Of a stretch of DNA of 62,000 nucleotides, positions 29,990 to 39,693 are shown in pieces (the stretch's first letter is position 1; each line of letters starts with the position of its first letter). This DNA is from Hyalangium minutum (GTDB lineage: Bacteria > Myxococcota > Myxococcia > Myxococcales > Myxococcaceae): the NCBI RefSeq assembly GCF_000737315.1, contig NZ_JMCB01000003.1, positions 82,001 through 144,000 on the forward strand. Direction: 5' to 3'. A model generated the notes under the pieces. That model did not search any database. It had not been told where the DNA came from and saw only the letters and a list, made by a program, of their open reading frames with translations. The translations under genes were made by a program, and so were the position numbers.

Positions 29990-30559
29990 TCAGCGTGCGC
30001 GGGAGCGCGAGGGCGGAGCTGGCGGCGGGCTCGAGTCCGCCGTGCTCGTGCTCTTTCCGGAGGCGGCCGGCGCTGCGGAAGCGGGAGTGGAGAGCTGGTT
30101 GGCGGCGCCTCGGGTCACCACGGCCTGCGCGACGATGTTCAGGTGCTGCTGCGCGGCCACGGTGTTCAAGAGCGCGAGGCTGACCGCGTGCGCGGAGGCG
30201 TGGTACACGTGAGAGAGGGCAAGCTCGGGCGCATTCTCCAGCAGCGCCTGCGCGGTCTTCTCGGCCTGGGCCAGCAGGGCCTCGGGCGAGGGCGCGGCCG
30301 GAGAGGCTGTCTCAGCGGAGGCGGCTGTCGGCGCCGCAGGGGTCGTCGCGGGAGCCGAGGCTGCGGCCTCGGCTGCGGGCGGGCGGAAGGCGTTGGGAAT
30401 TCCGGCGAGGGGTGGCGCGGGCACGCTTCCCTTGGAGGCCAACGCGAGGATGCTCTGCTGCTGCTGCTCGAGTACGTGGGTCAAGGCTGTGAGGGCGTGG
30501 GCGCTGGTGTCCACGATCAGGGTCAAGTCCCGGGCAAAGTCTTGGGCCGTCTTCGTCAT
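29990..30559 (-). CDS. Divergent RebB-domain (killing-trait) protein with N-terminal extension and Pro/Ala linker
   Basis: ATG 30559 after GGAGG, 13 bp after the rebB stop. The segment APELALSHVYHASAHAVSLALLNTVAAQQHLNIVAQAVVTRG aligns by eye with RebB APAIAMGNLFVATSQALSNAAHNATQNQQQTNVTAQAATTQG. Confidence 0.7.
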   Translation of the reverse strand: MTKTAQDFARDLTLIVDTSAHALTALTHVLEQQQQSILALASKGSVPAPPLAGIPNAFRPPAAEAAASAPATTPAAPTAASAETASPAAPSPEALLAQAEKTAQALLENAPELALSHVYHASAHAVSLALLNTVAAQQHLNIVAQAVVTRGAANQLSTPASAAPAASGKSTSTADSSPPPAPPSRSRAR

Positions 30560-30572
30560 GGTGTGCCTCCTC

Positions 30573-30839
30573 TCACTCGTAGATTTTAACCGTGCCCACT
30601 GCATCCGAGGCCGTATCGATGCTGTAGAGCGTCGCGACGCCCTGGGTAGTGGCGGCCTGTGCGGTCACGTTCGTTTGCTGCTGGTTCTGGGTGGCGTTGT
30701 GGGCCGCGTTGGAGAGCGCCTGCGAGGTCGCCACGAAGAGATTGCCCATCGCGATGGCAGGGGCATCTCCGAGCACTTTCACGTTCGCCTGCGTCACTGC
30801 ATCGGTGATCTGCTCATTGACAGCGGTGGGGTACGCCAT
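30573..30839 (-). CDS. rebB: RebB family R-body (killing trait) protein
   Basis: 88 aa with the canonical signature PTAVNEQITDAVTQANVKVLGDAPAIAMGNL...ALSNAAHNA...QQQ...AQAATTQGVATL. Confidence 0.92.
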   Translation of the reverse strand: MAYPTAVNEQITDAVTQANVKVLGDAPAIAMGNLFVATSQALSNAAHNATQNQQQTNVTAQAATTQGVATLYSIDTASDAVGTVKIYE

Positions 30840-30896
30840 GGCTCTGCCTTTCTGAAGGAGGTGACGGGGGCTGAAGCACCCCGCAGTTTGCCACTG

Positions 30897-31808
30897 TTAC
30901 AGGGAGGAAGTGAGCGACAGCAGCTCTGTGCGCAGCCACTGGTTGCGCGGCTCTGAATCCGATTGCCGGTGCCAATAGAGGTGCAGCTCCAGCGGCGGGA
31001 GCGACAGCGGCATTGGCAGGAGGTGGTTGCCCAGCAGGGCGTGCAGCTCCTCCGCGCGGCGCCGCGGCATGGTGAGGAGGAACTTGGAGCCAGCGACCAT
31101 CTGGAACGCCGCCTCGTAGTGCTGGCATCGCACGGTGACGTCGCGCTGGTAGCCCAGGCGGGAGAGGACCAAATCCTCCACGGCCAGCCCCGTGCGCCGA
31201 GAGGACACGGTGACATGCCGCGAAGCCATGTACGCCGCCACGTCCAGCCTGCGCCGGCGTCGGCTCACCACGCAGAAGGTGTCCCGCAGCAGGGTGGTGT
31301 GCCGCAGGTCGGCGCCCGTCTGCTGCTCCACGTCGATGGACAGGTCCACCCGCCCCGAGGCCAGATCCCGCTCCAGCCGAGGCCTATCCAGCCGGACGCT
31401 CGTCACCCTCGCTCCAGGAGCGCTCTGGCGCAGGCGCGCCACCAGGTGCGGGAGGATGGAGGGCTCGAGCACGTCGTTCATGGCTACGGTGAAGGTGCCC
31501 AGGTCGCGGGGAGGATCGAAGCTCCGCGTGCGGTGGATCGCCCGGTCGAACAGCGCGAGGGCCTCGCGAAGCTCCGGCGCCAGCCGCTCCGCGAACGGCG
31601 TGGGTGCCACGCCTCGGCCCTCCCGGACGAAGAGCGGCTCTCCCAGCTGATCCCGAAGCCGGGCGAGTGCATGGCTCACCGCCGATTGGCTGAGGAAGAG
31701 CACCTCCGCGGCCCGCGTGAGGTTCCGCTCCCGGAGGACCACGTCAAAGACGCGGAAGAGGTTGAGGTCCAGCCTCGCCAGCCGGGAAGAGTCATGAACA
31801 GACTTCAT
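30897..31808 (-). CDS. LysR family transcriptional regulator
   Basis: LDLNLFRVFDVVLRERNLTRAAEVLFLSQSAVSHALARLR HTH and a substrate-binding domain. Divergent from the acyl-CoA dehydrogenase operon. Confidence 0.93.
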   Translation of the reverse strand: MKSVHDSSRLARLDLNLFRVFDVVLRERNLTRAAEVLFLSQSAVSHALARLRDQLGEPLFVREGRGVAPTPFAERLAPELREALALFDRAIHRTRSFDPPRDLGTFTVAMNDVLEPSILPHLVARLRQSAPGARVTSVRLDRPRLERDLASGRVDLSIDVEQQTGADLRHTTLLRDTFCVVSRRRRRLDVAAYMASRHVTVSSRRTGLAVEDLVLSRLGYQRDVTVRCQHYEAAFQMVAGSKFLLTMPRRRAEELHALLGNHLLPMPLSLPPLELHLYWHRQSDSEPRNQWLRTELLSLTSSL

Positions 31809-31816
31809 GGGAACAC

Positions 31817-31831
31817 ATGACCAACCTTCAC
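31817..31831. promoter_or_regulatory. Putative LysR T-N11-A box
   Basis: ATGACCAACCTTCAC, an imperfect dyad in the 78-bp divergent gap. Confidence 0.35.
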
Positions 31832-31886
31832 TGGATTCATCAAGGCCGAACGCGGAGGATGCAGGCCTTCCAGAAGGAGACTTGCG

Positions 31887-33122
31887 ATGGACTTCGAGCC
31901 GAGCGCCCGAACCAAGGACTACCTGGAGCGCCTCCGGCGCTTCATGCGCGAGCACATCGAGCCGGCCGAGGCCCGCTACCGGGATGAGGTCCACGCCACC
32001 TGCCAGGCGGGTGACTGGAAGACGTGGAAGGTTCCGGCGGTGATGGACGAGCTGAAGGCTCGCGCGAAGGCCGAGGGCCTGTGGAACCTGTTCCTGCCCG
32101 ATGAGAAGCTGGGCGCGGGCCTGAGCACCCTGGAGTACGCGCCGCTGGCCGAGGAGACGGGGCGCAGCTTCATCGCCCCCGAGGTCTTCAACTGCAGCGC
32201 TCCGGACACCGGCAACATGGAGGTGCTCTGGAAGTACGGCTCCGAGGAGCAGAAGGAGCGCTGGCTCAAGCCGTTGCTGGCCGGGGAGATCCGCTCGGTG
32301 TTCTGCATGACGGAGCCGGACGTGGCGTCCTCGGATGCCACGAACATGCAGGCCACGGCCGTCGTGGAGGGCAACGAGATCGTCCTCAATGGCAGCAAGT
32401 GGTGGTCGAGCGGCCTGGGCCACCCGAGGGCGAAGGTCATCATCTTCATGGCGCGCACGCCCAACGAGCAGGGCGGCCGCCACAATCAGCACTCCATGGT
32501 GCTGGTCCCCATGGACACCCCGGGCGTGACGATCCGCCGCATGCTGCCCGTCTACGGCGAGTACGACGCGCCCCATGGACACGGAGAGGTGCACTTCAAG
32601 GACGTGCGCGTGCCCGTTTCCCACTTCATCGCCGGACCGGGGCAGGGTTTCGAGATTGCCCAAGGCCGTCTGGGACCCGGCCGCATCCACCACTGCATGC
32701 GCTGCATCGGCGCGGCGGAGCGGGCGCTGGAGCTGATGATCGATCGGGGCATGGCGCGCACTGCTTTCGGCAAGCCGCTGCTCAACCTGGGTGGCAACCG
32801 CGAGCGCGTCGCTGAGGCCCGGGTCGCCATCGATCAGGCGCGGCTGCTGACGTTCTTCGCGGCGTGGAAGATGGACGAGGTGGGTGCCCTGGGAGCCATG
32901 ACGGAGATCTCCGCCATCAAGGTCGTGGCGCCCAACGTGCTCCAGCAGGTGGTGGACGACGCCATCCAGATCCACGGGGGCGCGGGCGTGTCCCAGGACA
33001 CGGTGCTCGCGGGCTTCTTCGCCCAGGCGCGCATCCTGCGCATCGCGGACGGTCCGGACGAGGTCCACAAGGGCGTCATCGCGCGTCTCGAACTGGCCAA
33101 GCGCGGCCATTCCCGGAGCTGA
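31887..33122 (+). CDS. Acyl-CoA dehydrogenase (ACAD10/11 / LvaC-like subfamily)
   Basis: [52 protein letters not shown]. Confidence 0.9.
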   Translation: MDFEPSARTKDYLERLRRFMREHIEPAEARYRDEVHATCQAGDWKTWKVPAVMDELKARAKAEGLWNLFLPDEKLGAGLSTLEYAPLAEETGRSFIAPEVFNCSAPDTGNMEVLWKYGSEEQKERWLKPLLAGEIRSVFCMTEPDVASSDATNMQATAVVEGNEIVLNGSKWWSSGLGHPRAKVIIFMARTPNEQGGRHNQHSMVLVPMDTPGVTIRRMLPVYGEYDAPHGHGEVHFKDVRVPVSHFIAGPGQGFEIAQGRLGPGRIHHCMRCIGAAERALELMIDRGMARTAFGKPLLNLGGNRERVAEARVAIDQARLLTFFAAWKMDEVGALGAMTEISAIKVVAPNVLQQVVDDAIQIHGGAGVSQDTVLAGFFAQARILRIADGPDEVHKGVIARLELAKRGHSRS

Positions 33123-33125
33123 GCC

Positions 33126-33941
33126 ATGGCCAACCAACGCATCTTCATCACCGGTGGTGCCAGCGGGCTCGGGAAGGCCATCGCCCAGCGCTTCGCCCGC
33201 GCGGGGTGGAAGGTCTGCATCGCGGACCTCAACGAAGCCCGGGGCGCGGAGGTGCTGTCCTCCTTGGGCCCGGACGCGCACTTCCTGCGCTGCGATGTGA
33301 CGCGCGACGAGGACCTGATCGCAGCAGCGGAGACGCTCCAGCAGCGCTGGGGCGGCGTGGACGTGGTGGTGAACAACGCCGGGGTGGCCCAGGCGGGCGC
33401 CATCGAGGACGTGTCGATCGATGACTGGCGCTGGATCATCGACATCAACCTGCTGGGCGTGGTGCGAGGCTGCAAGGTGTTCACGCCCCTGTTCAAGCGG
33501 CAGGGCCACGGGCACTTCGTCAACGTCTCCTCCATGGCGGGCCTGCTCGATGCGCCGATGATGAGCAGCTACAACGCCACGAAGGCCGCTGTCGTCTCCC
33601 TGTCGGAGACGCTGCACAACGAGCTGGCGGACGCGAACATCGGCGTCAGCGTCGTCTGCCCGGCCTTCTTCAAGACCAACCTGACCGAGTCGCTGCGCAC
33701 TCCGGATCCGCGGCTGAAGGTCACCATGGCGAAGCTGCTGGATCGCTCGCCCATCACCGCGGATGACGTCGCCAATGATGTCTTCCGCGCCGTGGAGCGG
33801 AGGCAGTTCTACGTCCTGTCTCACGCGCAGGGCCGCAGGGCGTGGCTGATGAAGCGCTTCCTCCCGAGAGAGATCTACGCCCGGTTGTTGCGCAAGAGCA
33901 CCGCCCGGATGCGCCCGCGCCCCGACCCCACACAGACTTGA
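33126..33941 (+). CDS. Short-chain dehydrogenase/reductase
   Basis: TGGASGLG, NNAG, NVSS, YNATK. Confidence 0.93.
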   Translation: MANQRIFITGGASGLGKAIAQRFARAGWKVCIADLNEARGAEVLSSLGPDAHFLRCDVTRDEDLIAAAETLQQRWGGVDVVVNNAGVAQAGAIEDVSIDDWRWIIDINLLGVVRGCKVFTPLFKRQGHGHFVNVSSMAGLLDAPMMSSYNATKAAVVSLSETLHNELADANIGVSVVCPAFFKTNLTESLRTPDPRLKVTMAKLLDRSPITADDVANDVFRAVERRQFYVLSHAQGRRAWLMKRFLPREIYARLLRKSTARMRPRPDPTQT

Positions 33942-33958
33942 GGAGAGATCGCGACGCC

Positions 33959-35035
33959 ATGCCTTCCACCTCGCCCACTGACTCGGCCGGAGCCGTCCGC
34001 CCGGGAGAAGAACTGAACGTCCCCGCCGTGGATGCCTGGCTCAAGACCCAGGTGCCCACGCTGGAGGGCACGCCTGAAGTCACCCAGTACTCGGGAGGTG
34101 CCTCGAACTGGACCTACCGGCTCAAGTACGCCAACCGCGATCTCATCCTTCGCCGGCCCCCGGCGGGGACGAAGGCCAAGTCCGCGCACGACATGGCCCG
34201 CGAGTACTCGGTGCAGAAGGCCCTGAAGCCTGCCTATCCGGCCGTGCCCACCATGATCGGCCTGTGTCAGGACCCGGCGGTGCTGGGCTCGGACTTCTAC
34301 GTGATGGAGCGCATCGAGGGCCTCATCCCTCGCAAGCACCTGCCTCGGGGGCTCACCCTGGACCAGCCGCAGACGCGGCAGCTCTGTCTCAACGTCATCG
34401 ACAAGCTGGTGGAACTGCACTCCGTGGACGCGGCGGCCGTGGGGCTGTCGTCGCTGGGCAAGGGGCCCGGCTATCCGAAGCGGCAGATCGAGGGCTGGTC
34501 GGACCGCTACGAGAAGGCTCACACCTGGAATGTGCTCGGCTTCCAGTATGTGCGCGATTGGCTCAAGGCCAACACCCCCGACGATGTCGCCACCTGCGTC
34601 ATCCACAACGACTGGCGCTTCGACAACGTGGTGCTCGATCCAGGAGAGCCCATCCGAGTCATCGGCGTGCTCGACTGGGAGATGGCCACGCTGGGAGATC
34701 CGCTGATGGATCTGGGCAATGCGCTGGCCTACTGGGTCCACGCCGACGATAACTTCTTTTTGCGAGCCACGCGGCGCCAGCCCACGCACCTGCCTGGCAT
34801 GCTCCGGCGCGAGGAGGTGGTCGAGTACTACCTCGATCGCATGAAGCTGAAGCCGGCCAACTGGACCTTCTATGAGGTCTACGGCCTGTTCCGGCTCGCC
34901 GTCATCGCCCAGCAGATCTACTACCGCTACCACCACAAGCAGACGCGCAACCCCGCGTTCAAGAACTTCTGGGTGCTGGTCAACTACCTCGGGCTGCGCT
35001 GCAACCGGCTCATCCGGAAGAAGGGGGCACGCTGA
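33959..35035 (+). CDS. APH-like phosphotransferase (LvaA / ACAD10-11 kinase-like)
   Basis: GGASNWTY, LRRPP, AHDMARE, HNDWRFDN, LDWEMATLGDPLMDLG. Confidence 0.9.
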   Translation: MPSTSPTDSAGAVRPGEELNVPAVDAWLKTQVPTLEGTPEVTQYSGGASNWTYRLKYANRDLILRRPPAGTKAKSAHDMAREYSVQKALKPAYPAVPTMIGLCQDPAVLGSDFYVMERIEGLIPRKHLPRGLTLDQPQTRQLCLNVIDKLVELHSVDAAAVGLSSLGKGPGYPKRQIEGWSDRYEKAHTWNVLGFQYVRDWLKANTPDDVATCVIHNDWRFDNVVLDPGEPIRVIGVLDWEMATLGDPLMDLGNALAYWVHADDNFFLRATRRQPTHLPGMLRREEVVEYYLDRMKLKPANWTFYEVYGLFRLAVIAQQIYYRYHHKQTRNPAFKNFWVLVNYLGLRCNRLIRKKGAR

Positions 35036-35727
35036 TGGGCGTCGTATACTTGGTTCGCCATGGACAGGCCTCGTTCGGGGCCGCGGACTACGATCAGCTC
35101 TCGGAGATGGGGGTGGCGCAGGCGAAGGTGCTCGGGGAGGCGCTGCGCGCGCGGCTCCCGTGTGTGGATGCGGTGGTCACCGGAGGAATGGCGCGACACT
35201 GGCAGACGGCGGATGCGTGCCTGAAGGCGCTCGGGGTGGCGGTGCCTCACAAGCGCATGGTGGACTTCAACGAGTACGACCACGAGGAGATCGTCGTCCG
35301 CCACATCCCGCGCTACGCGGACAAGAGCCTGATGATGCAGGACCTGGCTGAGACGCCAGACCCTCGCCGGGCCTTCCAGGAAGTGTTCACGCAGGCCGTC
35401 GCCCGCTGGGTCGAGGGCCGGCACGAGGCCGACTACACCGAGACCTGGGCCGCTTTCCGGGAGCGCAGCCTCCGCGCGTTGACGGAGCTCATCCAGGAGC
35501 TGGGAGCTTCCAAGACCGCGTTGGTGTTCACCTCGGGGGGACCCATCACCGCCATCTGCCAGGACCTGCTGCGGATCCCCGACGAGCACGCCTTCCGCCT
35601 GAACTGGACGCTGGCCAACTGCGGCGTCACCAAGATCGTCTACAGCGAGCGCGGCCGGTACCTCTCCACGCTGAACGAGCACGGCTACTTCGAGGGTGCC
35701 CAGCGCGCGCTGCTAACGTACCGCTGA
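35035..35727 (+). CDS. Histidine phosphatase family protein
   Basis: LVRHGQASFG motif and FTSGG in place of the usual second-His motif. TGATG overlap with the upstream gene. Confidence 0.85.
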   Translation: MGVVYLVRHGQASFGAADYDQLSEMGVAQAKVLGEALRARLPCVDAVVTGGMARHWQTADACLKALGVAVPHKRMVDFNEYDHEEIVVRHIPRYADKSLMMQDLAETPDPRRAFQEVFTQAVARWVEGRHEADYTETWAAFRERSLRALTELIQELGASKTALVFTSGGPITAICQDLLRIPDEHAFRLNWTLANCGVTKIVYSERGRYLSTLNEHGYFEGAQRALLTYR

Positions 35728-35729
35728 GG

Positions 35730-35762
35730 CAGCGCGGCCCCCGTTACTCCGGGGGCGCGCTG
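35730..35762. terminator. Stem-loop between convergent operons
   Basis: CAGCGCGGCCCCC / GGGGGCGCGCTG inverted repeat just after the stop at 35727. Confidence 0.5.
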
Positions 35763-35849
35763 AGCCCGGGGACTCCGGGCCCAGCACAAAACCTGGCCGC
35801 CAGGGCGTGAGGGTCCCGAAGAGAAGCCCTTCCTCACGCCCCAGCGGGC

Positions 35850-36551
35850 TCAGGCAGCGGAGGTCGAGGCATCCCCCACACCGTTGGCGCCCAGATCCGC
35901 GAGCATCTGCTCGCCCTCCAACTCGTCGATGGGGACGAAGGCCTCGCGGCCGGGGCGGTAGGCATGCACCTTTGCATTGCCAATGTCGAACCACCAGCCG
36001 TGCAGCCGCAGCGTGCCCGCGGCCATGCGCTCGCGCACCAGGGGGTACGAGCGCAGGTGGGCCAGCTGCTGCAGCACGTTGAGCTGGCTGAGCCTGTCCG
36101 CCGGCTCCAGGCCCTCACCCACGCGGCCGGCCTTCTCCAGGGACTGCAGGGCGCCGCGGCCCAGATCCAGCCAGTCGCAGAGGTTGGGGCACCGCGCGTC
36201 CGACATTCCCGCCAGCAGCGCCTTCATGGCGCCGCAGCTGGAGTGCCCGCACACCACCACGTCCGTCACCGGCAGGTGGAGCAGGGAGTACTCCACCGCG
36301 GCGGCCTCGGAGCGGTCGCCCATGGACTGGCCCGACGCATCCGAGGGCGCCACCATGTTGCCCACGTTGCGCATGACGAAGAGATCGCCCGGATCCGTGG
36401 ACACCAGGAGGTTGGGCACCACGCGGCTGTCAGCGCAGGTGATGAAGAGGCAGTCCGGAGTCTGGCCCTTGGCCAGGCGCGCGAAAGTGGAGCGGTAGGC
36501 GGGGAGGCTGTGACGCTGGAAATCCAGGAGACCGCGAATGAGCTTCTTCAT
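35850..36551 (-). CDS. Beta-class carbonic anhydrase
   Basis: CADSRV (C-x-D-x-R), RNVGN, HSSCGA (H-x-x-C). ATGA overlap with SulP. Confidence 0.95.
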   Translation of the reverse strand: MKKLIRGLLDFQRHSLPAYRSTFARLAKGQTPDCLFITCADSRVVPNLLVSTDPGDLFVMRNVGNMVAPSDASGQSMGDRSEAAAVEYSLLHLPVTDVVVCGHSSCGAMKALLAGMSDARCPNLCDWLDLGRGALQSLEKAGRVGEGLEPADRLSQLNVLQQLAHLRSYPLVRERMAAGTLRLHGWWFDIGNAKVHAYRPGREAFVPIDELEGEQMLADLGANGVGDASTSAA

Positions 36552-38107
36552 CGTGCACCCTCGGCAGTGAGAGACGGGGAAGGGGAAGTGACAGGGGGAG
36601 GAACGGGGGAGGGAGTGGCTGCGCTGGTGCTCTTGCGCCGCCAGATGTCTTCGAGCGGCTCCATGTACACATGGCCGCCCGTCTTACGGTGCGTCTCGGA
36701 CCAGCTCTCGAGCGCCTCGTAACCGGAGTGGTCCAGCGTCTCCACGGCCAGATCCAACTCGACCTTGGCGCCCATGGGGACCTGGGCCAGCGCAGCGGAC
36801 AGCTTGGGCACGCCCACGAACGTGAGGGCTCCGCCCACGCGCACCTGGTGCACGTCACCTTCCTGCTTCACGTGCACCTGCACCTTGCCCAGCTGCCACA
36901 GCAGCCGGCCCACGGCCAGCGCCAGGCCCATGGCGATGCCCGCCAGCAGGTTGACGCCCACCACGCCGGCCACCGTCACCACGTACACGGACAGCTCGCC
37001 GCGGCGGCGCAGCTCCTGGATGTGGTGCGTGTTCACCAGCTTCACACCCACGAAGACGAGCAGGCCCGCCAGCACGGTGAGAGGCACCAGCTTCAGCAGC
37101 GCGGCCAGCATCGTGACGAAGAGCAGCATCCACACGCCGTGCAGCACGGCCGAGGTGCGCGTCTTGGCGCCCGCGGCGATGTTGGCCGCGCTGCGGACGA
37201 TGACGCCCGTGATGGGCAGGCCGCCCGCGAGGCCGGACACGGTGTTGGCCAGGCCCTGCGCGAACAGCTCCTTGTCCAGGTTGGCGCGCGGGCCCGTGTG
37301 CATCTTGTCCGTGGCCACCGCGCTCAGCAGGGACTCGGCGCTGGCCACCAGCGCCAGCGAGAGCGCCGCGACCACGAAGGCGCCCCACTGGTTCTGGGGC
37401 AGCTGGGGCAGCTGCAGGCTGCTGAAGAAGTCACCGGCCAGCTCCACGCGCTTCACGTTGGCGCCCCACAGCGCCGCCACCGCCGAAGCGCCCACCACCG
37501 CCACCAGCGGCCCGGGGATCTGCTTGAGCCGGCTCTTGGGCATCACCTGCCACAGCACCAGCAGGCCGATGGTGAGCAGGCCCAAGATCGTCGCGGGGCC
37601 GTGCAGATCCGCGATCTGCCCAGGCAGCTCCTTGATGTTCTGCCACGCGTTGGACTGGGGCGAGCCGCCCAGCACGATGTGCAGCTGGCCCAGAACGATC
37701 AGGATGCCGATGCCCGCCAGCATTCCGTGGATCACCGCCGGGGAGATGGCCAGCGCGGTGCGCGCCACCTTCAGGCTGCCCATCGCCATCTGCACCATGC
37801 CCGCAGCGGCCACCGCGGCACAGGTGACGGCGAAGCCCATCTCGTTGATGAAGCCGAACACCATCACCGCGAGGCCCGCAGCCGGGCCGCTCACCAGCAG
37901 GGGCGCGCCGCCGAGCAGGCCGACCACCAGCCCGCCGACCACGCCAGCGATGAGGCCGGACATGATGGGCGCGCCCGACGCCAGCGAGATGCCCATGCAC
38001 AGCGGTACGGCGACCAGGAAGACGACCAGGGAGGCCGGCACATCACTGGCCAGGACACTTCGGATCGAGCCGGCCGTACCGGCTCCCTCCACGCCAGACT
38101 TCGTCAC
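36548..38107 (-). CDS. sulP: SulP/SLC26 anion (probably bicarbonate) transporter with a short STAS-like domain
   Basis: VAVPLCMGISLASG, SGPAAG, SAESLLS, ELFAQG.AN, GGLPITGVIVRS. GTG start after GGAGG. Confidence 0.9.
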   Translation of the reverse strand: MTKSGVEGAGTAGSIRSVLASDVPASLVVFLVAVPLCMGISLASGAPIMSGLIAGVVGGLVVGLLGGAPLLVSGPAAGLAVMVFGFINEMGFAVTCAAVAAAGMVQMAMGSLKVARTALAISPAVIHGMLAGIGILIVLGQLHIVLGGSPQSNAWQNIKELPGQIADLHGPATILGLLTIGLLVLWQVMPKSRLKQIPGPLVAVVGASAVAALWGANVKRVELAGDFFSSLQLPQLPQNQWGAFVVAALSLALVASAESLLSAVATDKMHTGPRANLDKELFAQGLANTVSGLAGGLPITGVIVRSAANIAAGAKTRTSAVLHGVWMLLFVTMLAALLKLVPLTVLAGLLVFVGVKLVNTHHIQELRRRGELSVYVVTVAGVVGVNLLAGIAMGLALAVGRLLWQLGKVQVHVKQEGDVHQVRVGGALTFVGVPKLSAALAQVPMGAKVELDLAVETLDHSGYEALESWSETHRKTGGHVYMEPLEDIWRRKSTSAATPSPVPPPVTSPSPSLTAEGAR

Positions 38108-38179
38108 GTTGAGTGCCTCCAGAAGAGCAAGGCGCCGCTCCCTCGGGGACAGGGGAACGGCGCGGTTTACGCTTCCTCA

Positions 38180-38195
38180 GGCAAAGCACGTGCCA
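38180..38195 (-). promoter_or_regulatory. Sigma54 (-24/-12) promoter of sulP-carbonic anhydrase
   Basis: Minus strand TGGCACGTGCTTTGCC, a near-perfect TGGCACG-N4-TTGC, about 70 bp upstream of the start codon. Confidence 0.85.
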
Positions 38196-38254
38196 GGGGT
38201 TAACCCATTGACTTCACTTGGAGAATTTCGGTGAATGAAAGAACAGATTAAAGA

Positions 38255-38287
38255 ATTTTAAAGTGCCGCTCATCGCGGGTTTAAAAT
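38255..38287. promoter_or_regulatory. Putative enhancer (UAS) inverted repeat
   Basis: ATTTTAAA-N17-TTTAAAAT in an AT-rich patch 60-90 bp upstream of the -24 element. Confidence 0.5.
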
Positions 38288-38349
38288 CCTTGAACTCCGG
38301 AGAGACCTGCCAGGCAGGCGGGCGGTCGCAGGGCGGATGACGCGCTGGG

Positions 38350-39689
<1,340 letters not shown>

Positions 39690-39693
<4 letters not shown>

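Noticed and set aside
30840-30980. Sigma54 promoter for the reb operon (TGGCAAACTGC and TGGCAC-like strings)
   Set aside because: GG-to-GC spacing is not 10 nt in either candidate.
30897-33824. 975-aa minus-strand ORF as a giant LysR fusion
   Set aside because: The LysR HTH begins just after ATG 31808. The upstream part is the antisense shadow of the ACAD and SDR genes.
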